A program made the position numbers and the translations under genes. From the IMG/VR virus record IMGVR_UViG_3300024581_002882: DNA of 64,000 nt; one strand, given 5' to 3'. The stretch is from a virus. The notes under the pieces are model-generated. The model saw nothing but the letters and a program-made list of their open reading frames with translations. It was not told the origin of the DNA and did no database searches. Below, in pieces: positions 9,096 through 18,885 of the stretch (the stretch's first letter is position 1; each line of letters begins with the position of its first letter).

Positions 9096-9646
9096 TGATT
9101 AAAATATCTCAAGAAACTAAAGACACACTTAAAAACCTTGCTCAAGAAAACAATATATATCTTGAGGGAAATATCATTAAATTCATAGAAGTAGGTGATG
9201 ACGAGGAATTTCTTGCATATCTAAACGAAGCAACAAAACAAGACAAAGAAAACAGGAAAAAGAGGCTTCTTGTAACAAAACAAGTTCAACAACAAAACAA
9301 AGAACTTGTAAAACAAAAGGAAGAAAAAGAAGGTTTGTTAGACGAATTAGAACAAGCCCTTAAAAAAGCTGAAGTTTCAAAGGAAATTGCAGAGCAAGAT
9401 TTAACGCTTTTACAAAAGAAAACCCAAACAGAATTAGTAGGGAATATTGTAAAGGTTTCTCTTGTTTTAATTTGCGGTATAGCCCTTATGATAACCATTC
9501 TTTACTCTCTTGCACTTGTTTTTAATAAAGACACAGAGTTGCTTGGAAATACCTTTTCAAATATGTTAGGTATATTGCTTACTAACTCTTTTAGCATAAT
9601 TGGAACTATTATGGGTGTTAAGTATGCAACAAAAGACACAAACTAA
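9095..9646 (+). CDS. coiled-coil protein with two C-terminal TM helices
   Basis: Q/E/K-rich heptads then hydrophobic segments; TAATG-coupled to the response regulator. Confidence 0.7.
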   Translation: MIKISQETKDTLKNLAQENNIYLEGNIIKFIEVGDDEEFLAYLNEATKQDKENRKKRLLVTKQVQQQNKELVKQKEEKEGLLDELEQALKKAEVSKEIAEQDLTLLQKKTQTELVGNIVKVSLVLICGIALMITILYSLALVFNKDTELLGNTFSNMLGILLTNSFSIIGTIMGVKYATKDTN

Positions 9647-10238
9647 TGAAAAAACATAAAGAAACTATAAGTTTCACATTAAACATGATAATTTTAGAAT
9701 AGTGTACTTAAAATATTGTAAATTTAAAAACTTCGAATAATGAAAGTATTAAAAAAACCATTATTTATTTTTTCATCTGTAGTAGCGTTAGATTATTTGA
9801 TTTCAAAATTTAACACAAAACCAAATGTATTTTATTTAAACAAATTGCCAAAAAACTTTAATGCTCAATCAATACCGCCTTTTGGAATTTTTATATCTAA
9901 AAAAGAAAAGGACAATCAAATACTACTAAATCATGAAAAACAACATTGGAAACAATATAATAAAACAGGTGCTATACTTTTCTATTTAAGATACTTTTAT
10001 GAATATCTTGTTCATGGATATGATAATATGCCACTTGAAATAGAAGCAAGAAAAGAAGTAAAAGAAAGTAAATTTTGTCAACAAAACTATACTGATTGTG
10101 TAAGAACAAACAAAGCAATTACAGTACAAAACGATAAATTTCGACAATTATGATTTAAATATCTTTAGAAACTAAAGACACAAACTAATGAAAAAACATA
10201 AAGAAACTATAAGGTTTATATTACACATGACAATTTTA
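9632..10238 (+). repeat. 65-bp direct repeat pair (9632-9696 and 10174-10238) flanking one gene
   Basis: first 40 bp identical (AAAGACACAAACTAATGAAAAAACATAAAGAAACTATAAG), 5 mismatches in the next 25 bp. Confidence 0.9.
9740..10153 (+). CDS. HExxH zinc-metallopeptidase-like protein
   Basis: LNHEKQHWKQY...PLEIEAR. Confidence 0.65.
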   Translation: MKVLKKPLFIFSSVVALDYLISKFNTKPNVFYLNKLPKNFNAQSIPPFGIFISKKEKDNQILLNHEKQHWKQYNKTGAILFYLRYFYEYLVHGYDNMPLEIEARKEVKESKFCQQNYTDCVRTNKAITVQNDKFRQL

Positions 10239-10277
10239 TTAATTGTTTCGCTAATAATTGCCATTATAACCGAGTAA
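10188..10277 (+). CDS. 29-aa membrane peptide MKKHKETIRFILHMTILLIVSLIIAIITE
   Basis: read by eye; starts inside the second repeat copy; the first copy encodes a truncated 18-aa version from 9646. Confidence 0.45.
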   Translation: MKKHKETIRFILHMTILLIVSLIIAIITE

Positions 10278-10287
10278 ACTAATAGAC

Positions 10288-11478
10288 ATGAAAAATATTT
10301 TATTTTTTGGTGATTTTGATTGCACCACAGGGTTTGGTAACGTATCAAAAGAACTTGTAAGTGAATTTTCTAAAGAATATTTTGTAACAGTATTTGCAAC
10401 AAACAACTACAAAAAAGAACCATACAATTTTAGCGAAACAGTTTATGTAATCCCTGCACTTAATACAAGAGATGAAAACGACAAGGATTTATATGCTCGT
10501 AAGTCTTTTTTAAAACTACTATACAACGGAAGCTACGACCTTGTTTTTTGTCTTAATGACTTAGAGGTTATTAATGAGTTAGATGAGCATTTAAGAAATG
10601 TAAAAAACGCAAGGAAAAAAGCCAACAAAAAGTCTTTTAAGTCTATTTTTTACTTTCCAATAGACAGTCCTGTAAGAAAAAAAGATTTAAAAGTGCTTTC
10701 ATTTTTTGATGAAGCTGTTACATATACAGATTATGCAAAACAAGAAGTAAAACGTCTTTTAGGATTTAGCAACTCATATAAAAAACTAAAAGTTATTCCA
10801 CATGGTGTAAGTTTAGCTTATAAAAAAAATAATCAAACTAAGCGGAACAAAAACTTTACATTTGGTTGCGTAAACAGAAATTCAGTAAGAAAAGATTTTG
10901 GAACACTACTTTGTGCATTTGCTGATTTAAAAAAAGATGAGGATTTTAAAGATTGTGTTTTAAAACTACATTGTAACCCACAAGACCCATTTGGTTTAAA
11001 TTTATATCGTCTTTGTCAGCGTTTAGAACTTGAAATAGATAAAGATGTGTATTTCCCTGATGAATTTAACGAAAACAAGGGTGTAAGCGAAGAAGAACTG
11101 AATGGTTTTTACAACAGTATAGATTGTTTTATAACCACAACAACAGCAGAGGGGTGGGGTTTAACGGTACATGAAGCTATGGCTACAGAAACTTTGGTGG
11201 TTTGTCCTATGCACACTTCACTTAAAGAAATAACTGATAGTGGTAAATGCGTAGTTCCTATATATCATGTTTCAGAAAAAGTATTTAAAGATGACTTTGA
11301 AAAGATACGTTATGTGTCTGATACGTTTCAGGTTACGGAATCAATGAAATACGCTGTGGAGATTGACCCTTCAGTTAGGACAAAAAAAATTTTAGATGCT
11401 AAGTCAATAGCATCCAAATACAATTGGAAAAAAACAGCCGAAATGTTTAAAAGACTAATCCAAAAACAAATCGGCTAA
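10288..11478 (+). CDS. glycosyltransferase family 4 (GT-B)
   Basis: TTGFGNVSKEL, VIPHGV, VNRNSVRKD, ITTTTAEGWGLTVHEAMA. Confidence 0.9.
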   Translation: MKNILFFGDFDCTTGFGNVSKELVSEFSKEYFVTVFATNNYKKEPYNFSETVYVIPALNTRDENDKDLYARKSFLKLLYNGSYDLVFCLNDLEVINELDEHLRNVKNARKKANKKSFKSIFYFPIDSPVRKKDLKVLSFFDEAVTYTDYAKQEVKRLLGFSNSYKKLKVIPHGVSLAYKKNNQTKRNKNFTFGCVNRNSVRKDFGTLLCAFADLKKDEDFKDCVLKLHCNPQDPFGLNLYRLCQRLELEIDKDVYFPDEFNENKGVSEEELNGFYNSIDCFITTTTAEGWGLTVHEAMATETLVVCPMHTSLKEITDSGKCVVPIYHVSEKVFKDDFEKIRYVSDTFQVTESMKYAVEIDPSVRTKKILDAKSIASKYNWKKTAEMFKRLIQKQIG

Positions 11479-11484
11479 GTTCTT

Positions 11485-11604
11485 TTATCGTTTAAAAACT
11501 CCTACTTTCCAAGCAATTGCTAAAATTCCTGCAAGTGCTAAGGTGTTGTGTACATTGTTACCACCTAACCAATTTGGGCTTTTAATGTCGAAAATACCGT
11601 TCAT
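11485..11604 (-). CDS. 39-aa membrane peptide MNGIFDIKSPNWLGGNNVHNTLALAGILAIAWKVGVFKR
   Basis: read by eye; has its own -7 box at 11631-11638 on the minus strand. Confidence 0.5.
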   Translation of the reverse strand: MNGIFDIKSPNWLGGNNVHNTLALAGILAIAWKVGVFKR

Positions 11605-11630
11605 TTTACTTTTTTTTAAGGTTTAAAAAA

Positions 11631-11638
11631 CAAATCTA
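11631..11638 (-). promoter_or_regulatory. Bacteroidota-type -7 promoter box
   Basis: reverse complement TAGATTTG. Confidence 0.45.
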
Positions 11639-11764
11639 CACTCTATTTTTTGAATTTTATATTATTCAATAATTTTTATCTGCAATAATTGTGGATTATT
11701 GATTTTAGCATATAAAATAAAAAAAGATGAATTAACTTTGGATTTTAATATAAATGCAGAGATT

Positions 11765-11824
11765 TTATTTTATAAAATAAAAAATAATTTTTCTTTTGTT
11801 TCTCTGATTTTATATATATTTTTG
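11765..11824 (+). promoter_or_regulatory. palindromic site (11765-11780) and -7 box (11817-11824) upstream of the polyvalent-protein operon
   Basis: TTATTTTATAAAATAA and TATTTTTG. Confidence 0.55.
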
Positions 11825-11835
11825 TTAGTTTATAT

Positions 11836-13959
11836 ATGAGTAGAATTGATTTTTATAAAACATATTACGAGAATTTAACTCCATCTACTTTAAGCGTAAG
11901 CAAAAATGAAGATAAAATTCAAATAAGTGGTTTTGAAAATAAAAACAACCAATACTTTATGGAATCATACGAAAAGGGTGGAGAAACAGGTTTTAATCCT
12001 GATGGTGCTATAAAAGACAAGGTAGTCCATGCTTCAGGTAAAGCAGGGGGTATGCTTGTTGGTAAAAGACATAGTGAGGGCGGAATCAAAGCCATTAATA
12101 AATCTACAGGTCAGCCAATAGAAATGGAAGGTGGCGAAGTAGTTATTACACGAAACGCTGTATCTGACAATACTAAAAGAAGTTTTAACGGAAAAATGAT
12201 GACCAATCGTCAAATTCTTTCTGCAATCAATGAAAGTGGTGGTGGTGTTTCATTTGCAAATGGCGGTCAAGTTCCCAAAAATGTAACTTTTGACTGCAAT
12301 GCCGAGTATGAGTATGGCGGAAAAACCATGTGTGGAAAAGACTTAGCGAAAAGCATGGCTAAAGGTGGGGCTACTGATGATGATTTTAGCGATATAATTT
12401 CTGCTGTTCAGACAGTAGATGTTATGGAAGATGGGGGTGAAACTCCACAAGACACAGCTAAATTGATGCAAGAGGTTATTGATTTTGAAGGAAAAAACCC
12501 TTATAATTCATATTTATTTTTCTTTAATTCAAAGAATCCTTCTTTTAGTGAAATAAAAGGAGAATATGAAACAAAAGATGGTAGAATTTTAAAATTTAAA
12601 GCAAATACTTATTTTGAATTAATTTCTTATTTTAATAATATTTTAGATTATGGAAATACTAAAGTAGCTTTTTACAAAGGAAAGGAAATTGTTGGTTTTC
12701 CTATTGAAATTGATGATGAAATATATTTAGTAAGAATTTCAAACAAAGCGAGAAACAGTAAAAATATATTTAACCCAAAAACAGGTTCGCTTTACAATTT
12801 TTTAGTTCATCTTTATTTTAAAAATATAGAAGATTTTAAAAATAGTGAACTTTATAAAAAAGATTGGACTGAATTTATATTATATTCTGTTCCATCAAGC
12901 ACACAAACCACAGAAGAAGAAAGTAAAACAGAAACAGAAGTAAAAAGTAAAATAGATTACGATAAGCTAAAAAAGTATTTAAGAGCAAGAATAAACGCAT
13001 TATCTACTGAACTTAACATAAAGTCTGTTGCACTTTCTATTGATGAAATAGGAATTTACCAAAGAGAAATAAGAGAACTCATAACACGATACCGACAACT
13101 TCTTGAACAAGAAAGAGAAAATATATCGTTTTTAGATAGGCTAAAATCAGCTTATTCTGTAAAATGGGGTGATATAAATAAAAAATACACCCCTGCTGAT
13201 TTAGTTTCAATAAATGGCAAGAAAACAGAATTGACAGAGCAAGAATATCTTACGGTTAGAACTGAAAACTTTCAGTCATTCTTTGGAAATTGGGAAAAAG
13301 CCTATGAAACAAATAATTATACAGATGTTTCTAAGGTTATAAATGAAAAAACTAAAGAACCACTTGCTGTGTTTCATGGAACAAATGTTCTTTTTACAAA
13401 TTGGAAAACATACGAAACCAATAATGCTCACTATTTCACCAAAAAAAGAGAAATGGCAAACTTCTTTGCTACGTCTTGGGATTCAAGAGGGGATAAGGCA
13501 GGTGTAGATTCTCAAATTATAAAAAAACTTAATCCAAACAAAGGAGAATTTATATATAGATGTTTTCTTGATATTAAAAACCCTATTGATTTTTCAAGGT
13601 TTGGAGTAGAAAAAAGACCTGTTAAAGATTATCTTAATTTCTTAAAAATAAATTACAACATTCAGGATTTTGATTTTTGGAGTAATATAAACAAGGGGTT
13701 TGATGTAAAGCAAGAAACTTTGGTTTATGCGTGGCAAATAATTCGTGCATGGCAACAGTTTACGGTTTACGTTAAAATTTATACGCCCTATGATGGATAT
13801 ATTTTCTATGAGTTTATACCTGATTCTGCAAAGCAAGACATAAATGATGCTTCGCTTTCCTTTTGCACATTTGATAGTAACCAAGTGAAATTTGCTGATG
13901 CTGTTGAGTTTAACGCACTTTCAGACGATTCACGATTAAAATATGGTGGTTTATTATGA
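11836..13959 (+). CDS. polyvalent protein with xxGG motifs and a C-terminal ADP-ribosyltransferase-like (ART-PolyVal-type) domain
   Basis: VRTENFQSFFGNWE...SKVINEKTKEPLAVFHGT...HYFT...CFLDIKNP; N-terminal GKRHSEGGI...EMEGGEVVI; motifs YEKGG, FANGG, MAKGG, MEDGG, LKYGG. Confidence 0.7.
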   Translation: MSRIDFYKTYYENLTPSTLSVSKNEDKIQISGFENKNNQYFMESYEKGGETGFNPDGAIKDKVVHASGKAGGMLVGKRHSEGGIKAINKSTGQPIEMEGGEVVITRNAVSDNTKRSFNGKMMTNRQILSAINESGGGVSFANGGQVPKNVTFDCNAEYEYGGKTMCGKDLAKSMAKGGATDDDFSDIISAVQTVDVMEDGGETPQDTAKLMQEVIDFEGKNPYNSYLFFFNSKNPSFSEIKGEYETKDGRILKFKANTYFELISYFNNILDYGNTKVAFYKGKEIVGFPIEIDDEIYLVRISNKARNSKNIFNPKTGSLYNFLVHLYFKNIEDFKNSELYKKDWTEFILYSVPSSTQTTEEESKTETEVKSKIDYDKLKKYLRARINALSTELNIKSVALSIDEIGIYQREIRELITRYRQLLEQERENISFLDRLKSAYSVKWGDINKKYTPADLVSINGKKTELTEQEYLTVRTENFQSFFGNWEKAYETNNYTDVSKVINEKTKEPLAVFHGTNVLFTNWKTYETNNAHYFTKKREMANFFATSWDSRGDKAGVDSQIIKKLNPNKGEFIYRCFLDIKNPIDFSRFGVEKRPVKDYLNFLKINYNIQDFDFWSNINKGFDVKQETLVYAWQIIRAWQQFTVYVKIYTPYDGYIFYEFIPDSAKQDINDASLSFCTFDSNQVKFADAVEFNALSDDSRLKYGGLL

Positions 13960-15104
13960 TTATACAGGGAAACAATTTGAATATAAATCAAATAATGCAA
14001 AAGCTTTTTGGTGGGCAAACAAAAGTTAGCCAAGACCTTTCTAAGCTTAATCTTTTACCTACATATATTGATTTCGATAAGCTAAATGCTTTAAAATTTG
14101 TAAGTATTACAGAAAACACAAAAGATAAAGAGAGGGAAATTGTCGATATAAATATTACAAGCGAAAAGTACATGGGTATGTTTTCAATAAACGGTTTCAC
14201 TAAAGACGAACTTGTGGCTTTCATAGATGTTATTGGAGAAGATAAATCCGCATCTGACGAAAGGGTTTTTGAAAAAGAAAAGTCAATAGGCTACTTAGAT
14301 AATTTTACCGAACTCTTTTCAAAAGTAAATAACCTTTGGGAAGAATTTTCAGCAAAGTGGAATGAACTTCAAATGGAAGAACTTAAAAATGATTTAGATG
14401 AAAAGCAAGATAACCAAGAGCAAGAAACTGAATCAGAGCAAAGCCAAGAAGAACAAGAGCAACAAGACCAAGATGGAGACCAAGAAGGCGACCAAAACGG
14501 GGAAGAAGAACAAGATGGAGATGGAGATGGACAAGATGACAAAGGAGAGAAAGGCGAAAATGAAGGCGATAAAACAGACGATGGAAGCGATAGCGACAAT
14601 GGAGAGGAATCTGAAGAAGAAAACGCTTTAAAAGATTGGGTAAAAGAAAACTTTCCTGAACTTTTTGACAATAAAGAACCAAGTGGACAGTCTGAATATG
14701 GAGATGGCGATGACCTTGAAAAATTTATGGAACAAGTTGAAAAGGGTAATGTAGAAGGCGATTTTACCAATGAAGAAGAAAGGGAAAAAGCCAAAGAATT
14801 TATTGAAAGTGAAAGCGGTGATGGTGATGATGACTATGACGATGGTAAAAAGAAAAGAAAGCCACCAAAAATTGAAGATATTGAAATAAATGCCACACAA
14901 TTAATTGGGGCTTTATTAGGTGGATTAGATGAGGGGGAAGTCAAAAGACGTTTTCCAAATAAGCGTTCAGTAAATAACATTATTTCAAGTCTGACAAGAG
15001 ATGAAATTGAAGTGGGTAAAATGCTTATGAAATTAGAAGATATAAGTGTGCCACAGGCAAAAGACATTTTAAGAAAAAATTTAATAGAAGAATTAGAATT
15101 ATAA
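13956..15104 (+). CDS. hypothetical protein with a long acidic low-complexity linker
   Basis: D/E/Q/G-rich tract at about aa 145-300; directly upstream of the AAA+ gene. Confidence 0.7.
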   Translation: MIIQGNNLNINQIMQKLFGGQTKVSQDLSKLNLLPTYIDFDKLNALKFVSITENTKDKEREIVDINITSEKYMGMFSINGFTKDELVAFIDVIGEDKSASDERVFEKEKSIGYLDNFTELFSKVNNLWEEFSAKWNELQMEELKNDLDEKQDNQEQETESEQSQEEQEQQDQDGDQEGDQNGEEEQDGDGDGQDDKGEKGENEGDKTDDGSDSDNGEESEEENALKDWVKENFPELFDNKEPSGQSEYGDGDDLEKFMEQVEKGNVEGDFTNEEEREKAKEFIESESGDGDDDYDDGKKKRKPPKIEDIEINATQLIGALLGGLDEGEVKRRFPNKRSVNNIISSLTRDEIEVGKMLMKLEDISVPQAKDILRKNLIEELEL

Positions 15105-15107
15105 ACC

Positions 15108-16472
15108 ATGAAAAAAGAAGAACTATTAGAAATCATAAATAACCCTGATAATCCACAGGATATTATTAATGATGCACAGGAACAACTAAAAAAGTTGGAA
15201 GCCCTTGAAACAAGAGATGAAGCACAAGCTGTTGATAGCGATATTCAGTTTGCTGTTTCTGAATTTAGAAAATCTATTGATAAATTAGTTTCACAGGGAG
15301 TAGATAAAGGCGAAGTAACCAAAATTGTAGATGAAAGATTGGGTAAAGCTAAATTTGGTAAAAAGAATTTAGATGCCTCTGTTTTAGATTTAATTGGAAA
15401 AACCCAAACTGTACAAATTGTAAATTGGCAAAATGTTCCCGTTAAAACTTCCGATGGTAAAAAGCGTAAGATATTTGAACTTATTTTATCTGATTTAGAG
15501 GCAGGTAATAACGTATATCTTTACGGTGGTGCAGGAACAGGTAAAACTTTTATTGCAGGGCAAATCGCTAAGTCTATTAATTATAAACTTGTTACTCTTA
15601 ACTGTAACCAATTCACTTCTCCTTTAGATATAATAGGGGGTCAAACTATTGAGGGTTATCAAGAGGGGAGACTAACCGAAGCCTTTGGTAACTTGTTTTT
15701 GCCTGAAGTAAATCCTGCAACAGGAAAAGTTTATTCAGGTGCTGTTCTTCTATTAGACGAGTTGCCAAAACTTGACCCAAATACAGCAGGGGTGCTTAAC
15801 GATGGTTTATCTAAAATTAAAGACCCAATTGAAAAATCAGAGACAGGTGAAATTATACCACCTGTAATTACAAATGGTCGTGGACAACAAATACCAAAGA
15901 AAAACATATTTGTTATTGCAACGGGTAACTCTTTGTTAAATGAAGCTGATGTGGATTATGAAGCTAACTTTAAACAAGATTTGTCTTTACAAGACCGTTT
16001 TGCAGGAAGTACATACGAACTTATTATTGACCCACAATATGAATTAGACAACATTATGTCTAACATTAAGATTGAGGATAAAATTGCAAACTTTACTTTC
16101 ATCTTTAATTTCTTATTTAAACTTCGTGAAGCTGTAAACAGAAACAACTTCCAATCAAGGGCTTTTGTGTCTCAACGTCTCATGGTTTCGTTTAGAGATA
16201 CCTACATAGCTTATCGTTTAAATGAGCAAATGGGTACAAAAAAGATACCTAACCCAAAAACACTTGAAATTGCTACAAATACGTTCTTAGAGCTATTTAC
16301 AGAGCAACAAAGAGGAACTTTGGAAACGGAAGTAAATAAACAAGAGTTTTTTGATTTAATTAAAGTTAAAAACCAAAAACCACTTGATGAGTTAGATTCT
16401 CAAGAGGACAAAATGGAAGCAAATGCCTTAATAACAGCGTTTAACGAACAAAACAAAGACAAGATTAAATAA
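15108..16472 (+). CDS. MoxR/CbbQ/CobS-like AAA+ ATPase
   Basis: VYLYGGAGTGKT (Walker A), LLLDELPK (Walker B), VIATGNS (sensor 1), DLSLQDRF (Arg finger). Confidence 0.88.
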   Translation: MKKEELLEIINNPDNPQDIINDAQEQLKKLEALETRDEAQAVDSDIQFAVSEFRKSIDKLVSQGVDKGEVTKIVDERLGKAKFGKKNLDASVLDLIGKTQTVQIVNWQNVPVKTSDGKKRKIFELILSDLEAGNNVYLYGGAGTGKTFIAGQIAKSINYKLVTLNCNQFTSPLDIIGGQTIEGYQEGRLTEAFGNLFLPEVNPATGKVYSGAVLLLDELPKLDPNTAGVLNDGLSKIKDPIEKSETGEIIPPVITNGRGQQIPKKNIFVIATGNSLLNEADVDYEANFKQDLSLQDRFAGSTYELIIDPQYELDNIMSNIKIEDKIANFTFIFNFLFKLREAVNRNNFQSRAFVSQRLMVSFRDTYIAYRLNEQMGTKKIPNPKTLEIATNTFLELFTEQQRGTLETEVNKQEFFDLIKVKNQKPLDELDSQEDKMEANALITAFNEQNKDKIK

Positions 16473-18052
16473 TGCCAAGCCCTAACGGAAATAACACTTA
16501 TTTTCAATTTTCCTTTGACCCATATAAATGGATTGAAGAAGGAACTGCTATTGCAGAAAAAGAGGGCTTAGGTAAATCTGTTGAACTATCAAGGGTAACA
16601 AGAAATTCTGATAAACCAAGAGGCAAAGATTATAACAAGTATGGCTATAAAGCTGATAGCAATAGGTCAGTTGAAGAACAATTTGACTTAAATAGCGGAT
16701 TAGGTGCTTTTTTAGACCAAGACCTTTTAAATACAGTTGAATCTTTATACACCAACATAAATGCACAATTAGATTTAGGTGGAGATATAAAACCTGCCCG
16801 AATTAAATTTACAGACAAGCCTATTGGTGTTTTTGATTTTTCACAAGCATCTAAAGGGCTTATTAGACCTGTTGAATATTTTTCATTTGAAGATGATAAA
16901 ACAATAAATCCCGACCTTGTACAAAAAGGGGAACTTAACGGAAATGAATTTTATTATTACATGAAAAAAGAAAAACAGGTTGTTGTTGAAAGAAGGCAAG
17001 AGGGAACAACAGCAATAGCTAAAAACTGTGATAACGTTAAAGTTAAAAAGAATGAAAAATTAAAACTTTTTCTTCCATACAGAGATGGAGATGTATTGTT
17101 AAAATGTGGGGAATATAAATTAAGATTTACTTCAACCAACAAAAAGGTATATGCTGTAAGAGAAAAAAAAGGTGGCGGTATTGCACCTTATGTTGATTTG
17201 TATTTAGCCTGTGGAAACAATTGGAATCACGACCCTGAATCCATGCTTATTCAAATGATGCCAAATTTATTACTCGGAAGAATTTTAGAAAAAAGCGGTG
17301 TTCGTGTAAGGCTTTTTGGATTTTATGTTCAAGACATAAATTCTGATATTTATTTGAACTCCTTTTTTATGATGAAAAATTACGGAGAGCCAATAGATAT
17401 AAACAAAATTGCTGTCTTTACTTCTGATACAAGGTTTTTTAGATATTGGATGTGGAACGCAAAGCAGGGGTGGAACTACGAAATGACAAAACAAAGAACA
17501 TACGGTGGTTCTGATGGAAGTATGTATCAGCCCGAATCATGGACAAGAAATATAATGCCTATGGTAAGAAACTATGTATCTTATAAAATTCAAACAGGTG
17601 AATTTCCATCACAGGTTGTAAATAAAAGATTAATGCTTTTTGGTGGATTAAATTCTAATTCAGGCGAAAAACTTGATAGCCCCGAAACAGAACGCAAAAT
17701 AATTGATAAGTTTTATAAGCTGTTAGATTACATATCACTTCGCCTTTCAAATACACCTACACAGGTTATAAAAGATATTGTAAAGCGTGAAAGGGATAAC
17801 GGTAAAGACGATACGGATATTTTAAAAGATTTGAGAGATGCGATTACAGACATTTTAACTCCAACAAGAAGGCAGGAAAAAAGCATACAACAAATAAACG
17901 AGGAATATAAAAATGGCGAAATAATTAAAGAGTTTTACGAAAGGGCTATTGAAGTTAATAGCAAATTAGACACCGATGAAGAAATTAATGAAATTATAGA
18001 CGAAAGAATACGCTATGAAAACATAGCTAAAAAAGTTTTAGGTATATCATGA
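16472..18052 (+). CDS. probable VWA-like partner of the AAA+ ATPase
   Basis: TAATG-coupled to the AAA+ gene; VDLYLAC...LLLGRILEKSGVRVRLFG resembles degenerate VWA/CobT-like partners. Confidence 0.5.
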   Translation: MPSPNGNNTYFQFSFDPYKWIEEGTAIAEKEGLGKSVELSRVTRNSDKPRGKDYNKYGYKADSNRSVEEQFDLNSGLGAFLDQDLLNTVESLYTNINAQLDLGGDIKPARIKFTDKPIGVFDFSQASKGLIRPVEYFSFEDDKTINPDLVQKGELNGNEFYYYMKKEKQVVVERRQEGTTAIAKNCDNVKVKKNEKLKLFLPYRDGDVLLKCGEYKLRFTSTNKKVYAVREKKGGGIAPYVDLYLACGNNWNHDPESMLIQMMPNLLLGRILEKSGVRVRLFGFYVQDINSDIYLNSFFMMKNYGEPIDINKIAVFTSDTRFFRYWMWNAKQGWNYEMTKQRTYGGSDGSMYQPESWTRNIMPMVRNYVSYKIQTGEFPSQVVNKRLMLFGGLNSNSGEKLDSPETERKIIDKFYKLLDYISLRLSNTPTQVIKDIVKRERDNGKDDTDILKDLRDAITDILTPTRRQEKSIQQINEEYKNGEIIKEFYERAIEVNSKLDTDEEINEIIDERIRYENIAKKVLGIS

Positions 18053-18870
18053 ATTTAAGTAGATACATAGTAAAAAAGGGTAGCGGTGAGGCTTGTTATA
18101 TGTTAGGTAGAGTTTCTGAACTTTCTAACATTTATATTTCATTTATTTTCCCAATAGAAAGAAAACTTTATTTGGATAAAAACAAAGGCAGTTATTTTGT
18201 TGACCAAAACACGCTTTCTTCTTTTATTCAAAACATAAAGATTGTAATTGATAGAGATGAAAGTGATGCAATATCAAGAATTGCAGACTTAGATTTGTAC
18301 AATGAATTTGGGGTTGGTAGTGAAGTGCTATTTAACTTTAGAGGATATGTACACATAGGAAACCTTTTGAACACTTATGCTCAAATGAATTTACCTACTC
18401 CTATACTTTTTGACCCAACAAATCTCATCAACGATTACAGGTCATTGTTAGGCTCAAAACTTAAAGTTGGCGAAATAACAGATAAAATAAGAAAGTTTTT
18501 ATCTGATGGAAAATATAATGACGATTTCACAAATCCACTTATAAATCTTGCAGGTACTAAGCGTGAGGTTCAAGAGTTTTTAGAAGAACTTGAGCCACCT
18601 AAAACAAAAAGTGAATTAGAACTTCAATGGGCTTTGTACCAAAGCGATAAAGATGCTTTACCAAAAGCTGTTGAGGATATATTTATAAATTCTCTTTTAA
18701 CAAGTAGGGGAGAAAAAATAACAGAAATAACAGGAAAAAATGAGGACTTGTCAAAGTCATTTCAGGGTTTGTTGGTTGCCCTTAACAAATCAATAAATAG
18801 TAAATTAGAACAAACAGGGGGAGAAGATGAATTTGACTTCTTGTCCGAAATAGAAAACATAGAATTATAA
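18049..18870 (+). CDS. hypothetical protein
   Basis: 273-aa ORF in operon. Confidence 0.65.
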   Translation: MNLSRYIVKKGSGEACYMLGRVSELSNIYISFIFPIERKLYLDKNKGSYFVDQNTLSSFIQNIKIVIDRDESDAISRIADLDLYNEFGVGSEVLFNFRGYVHIGNLLNTYAQMNLPTPILFDPTNLINDYRSLLGSKLKVGEITDKIRKFLSDGKYNDDFTNPLINLAGTKREVQEFLEELEPPKTKSELELQWALYQSDKDALPKAVEDIFINSLLTSRGEKITEITGKNEDLSKSFQGLLVALNKSINSKLEQTGGEDEFDFLSEIENIEL

Positions 18871-18885
18871 ATTAAATAAATTAAA

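Noticed and set aside
12040-12160. Tape-measure protein suggested by the GKRHSEGG...EMEGGE motif
   Set aside because: The protein lacks long helical or TM tape-measure character and no tail genes flank it.
14369-14900. Overlapping Ser- or Lys-rich ORFs around the acidic linker
   Set aside because: Alternative-frame shadows of the D/E/Q/G tract in 13956-15104.
15108-18052. cobS/cobT cobalamin auxiliary metabolic genes
   Set aside because: Only generic MoxR-like AAA+ motifs, no cobalamin pathway context, and the partner lacks a recognisable intact MIDAS motif.
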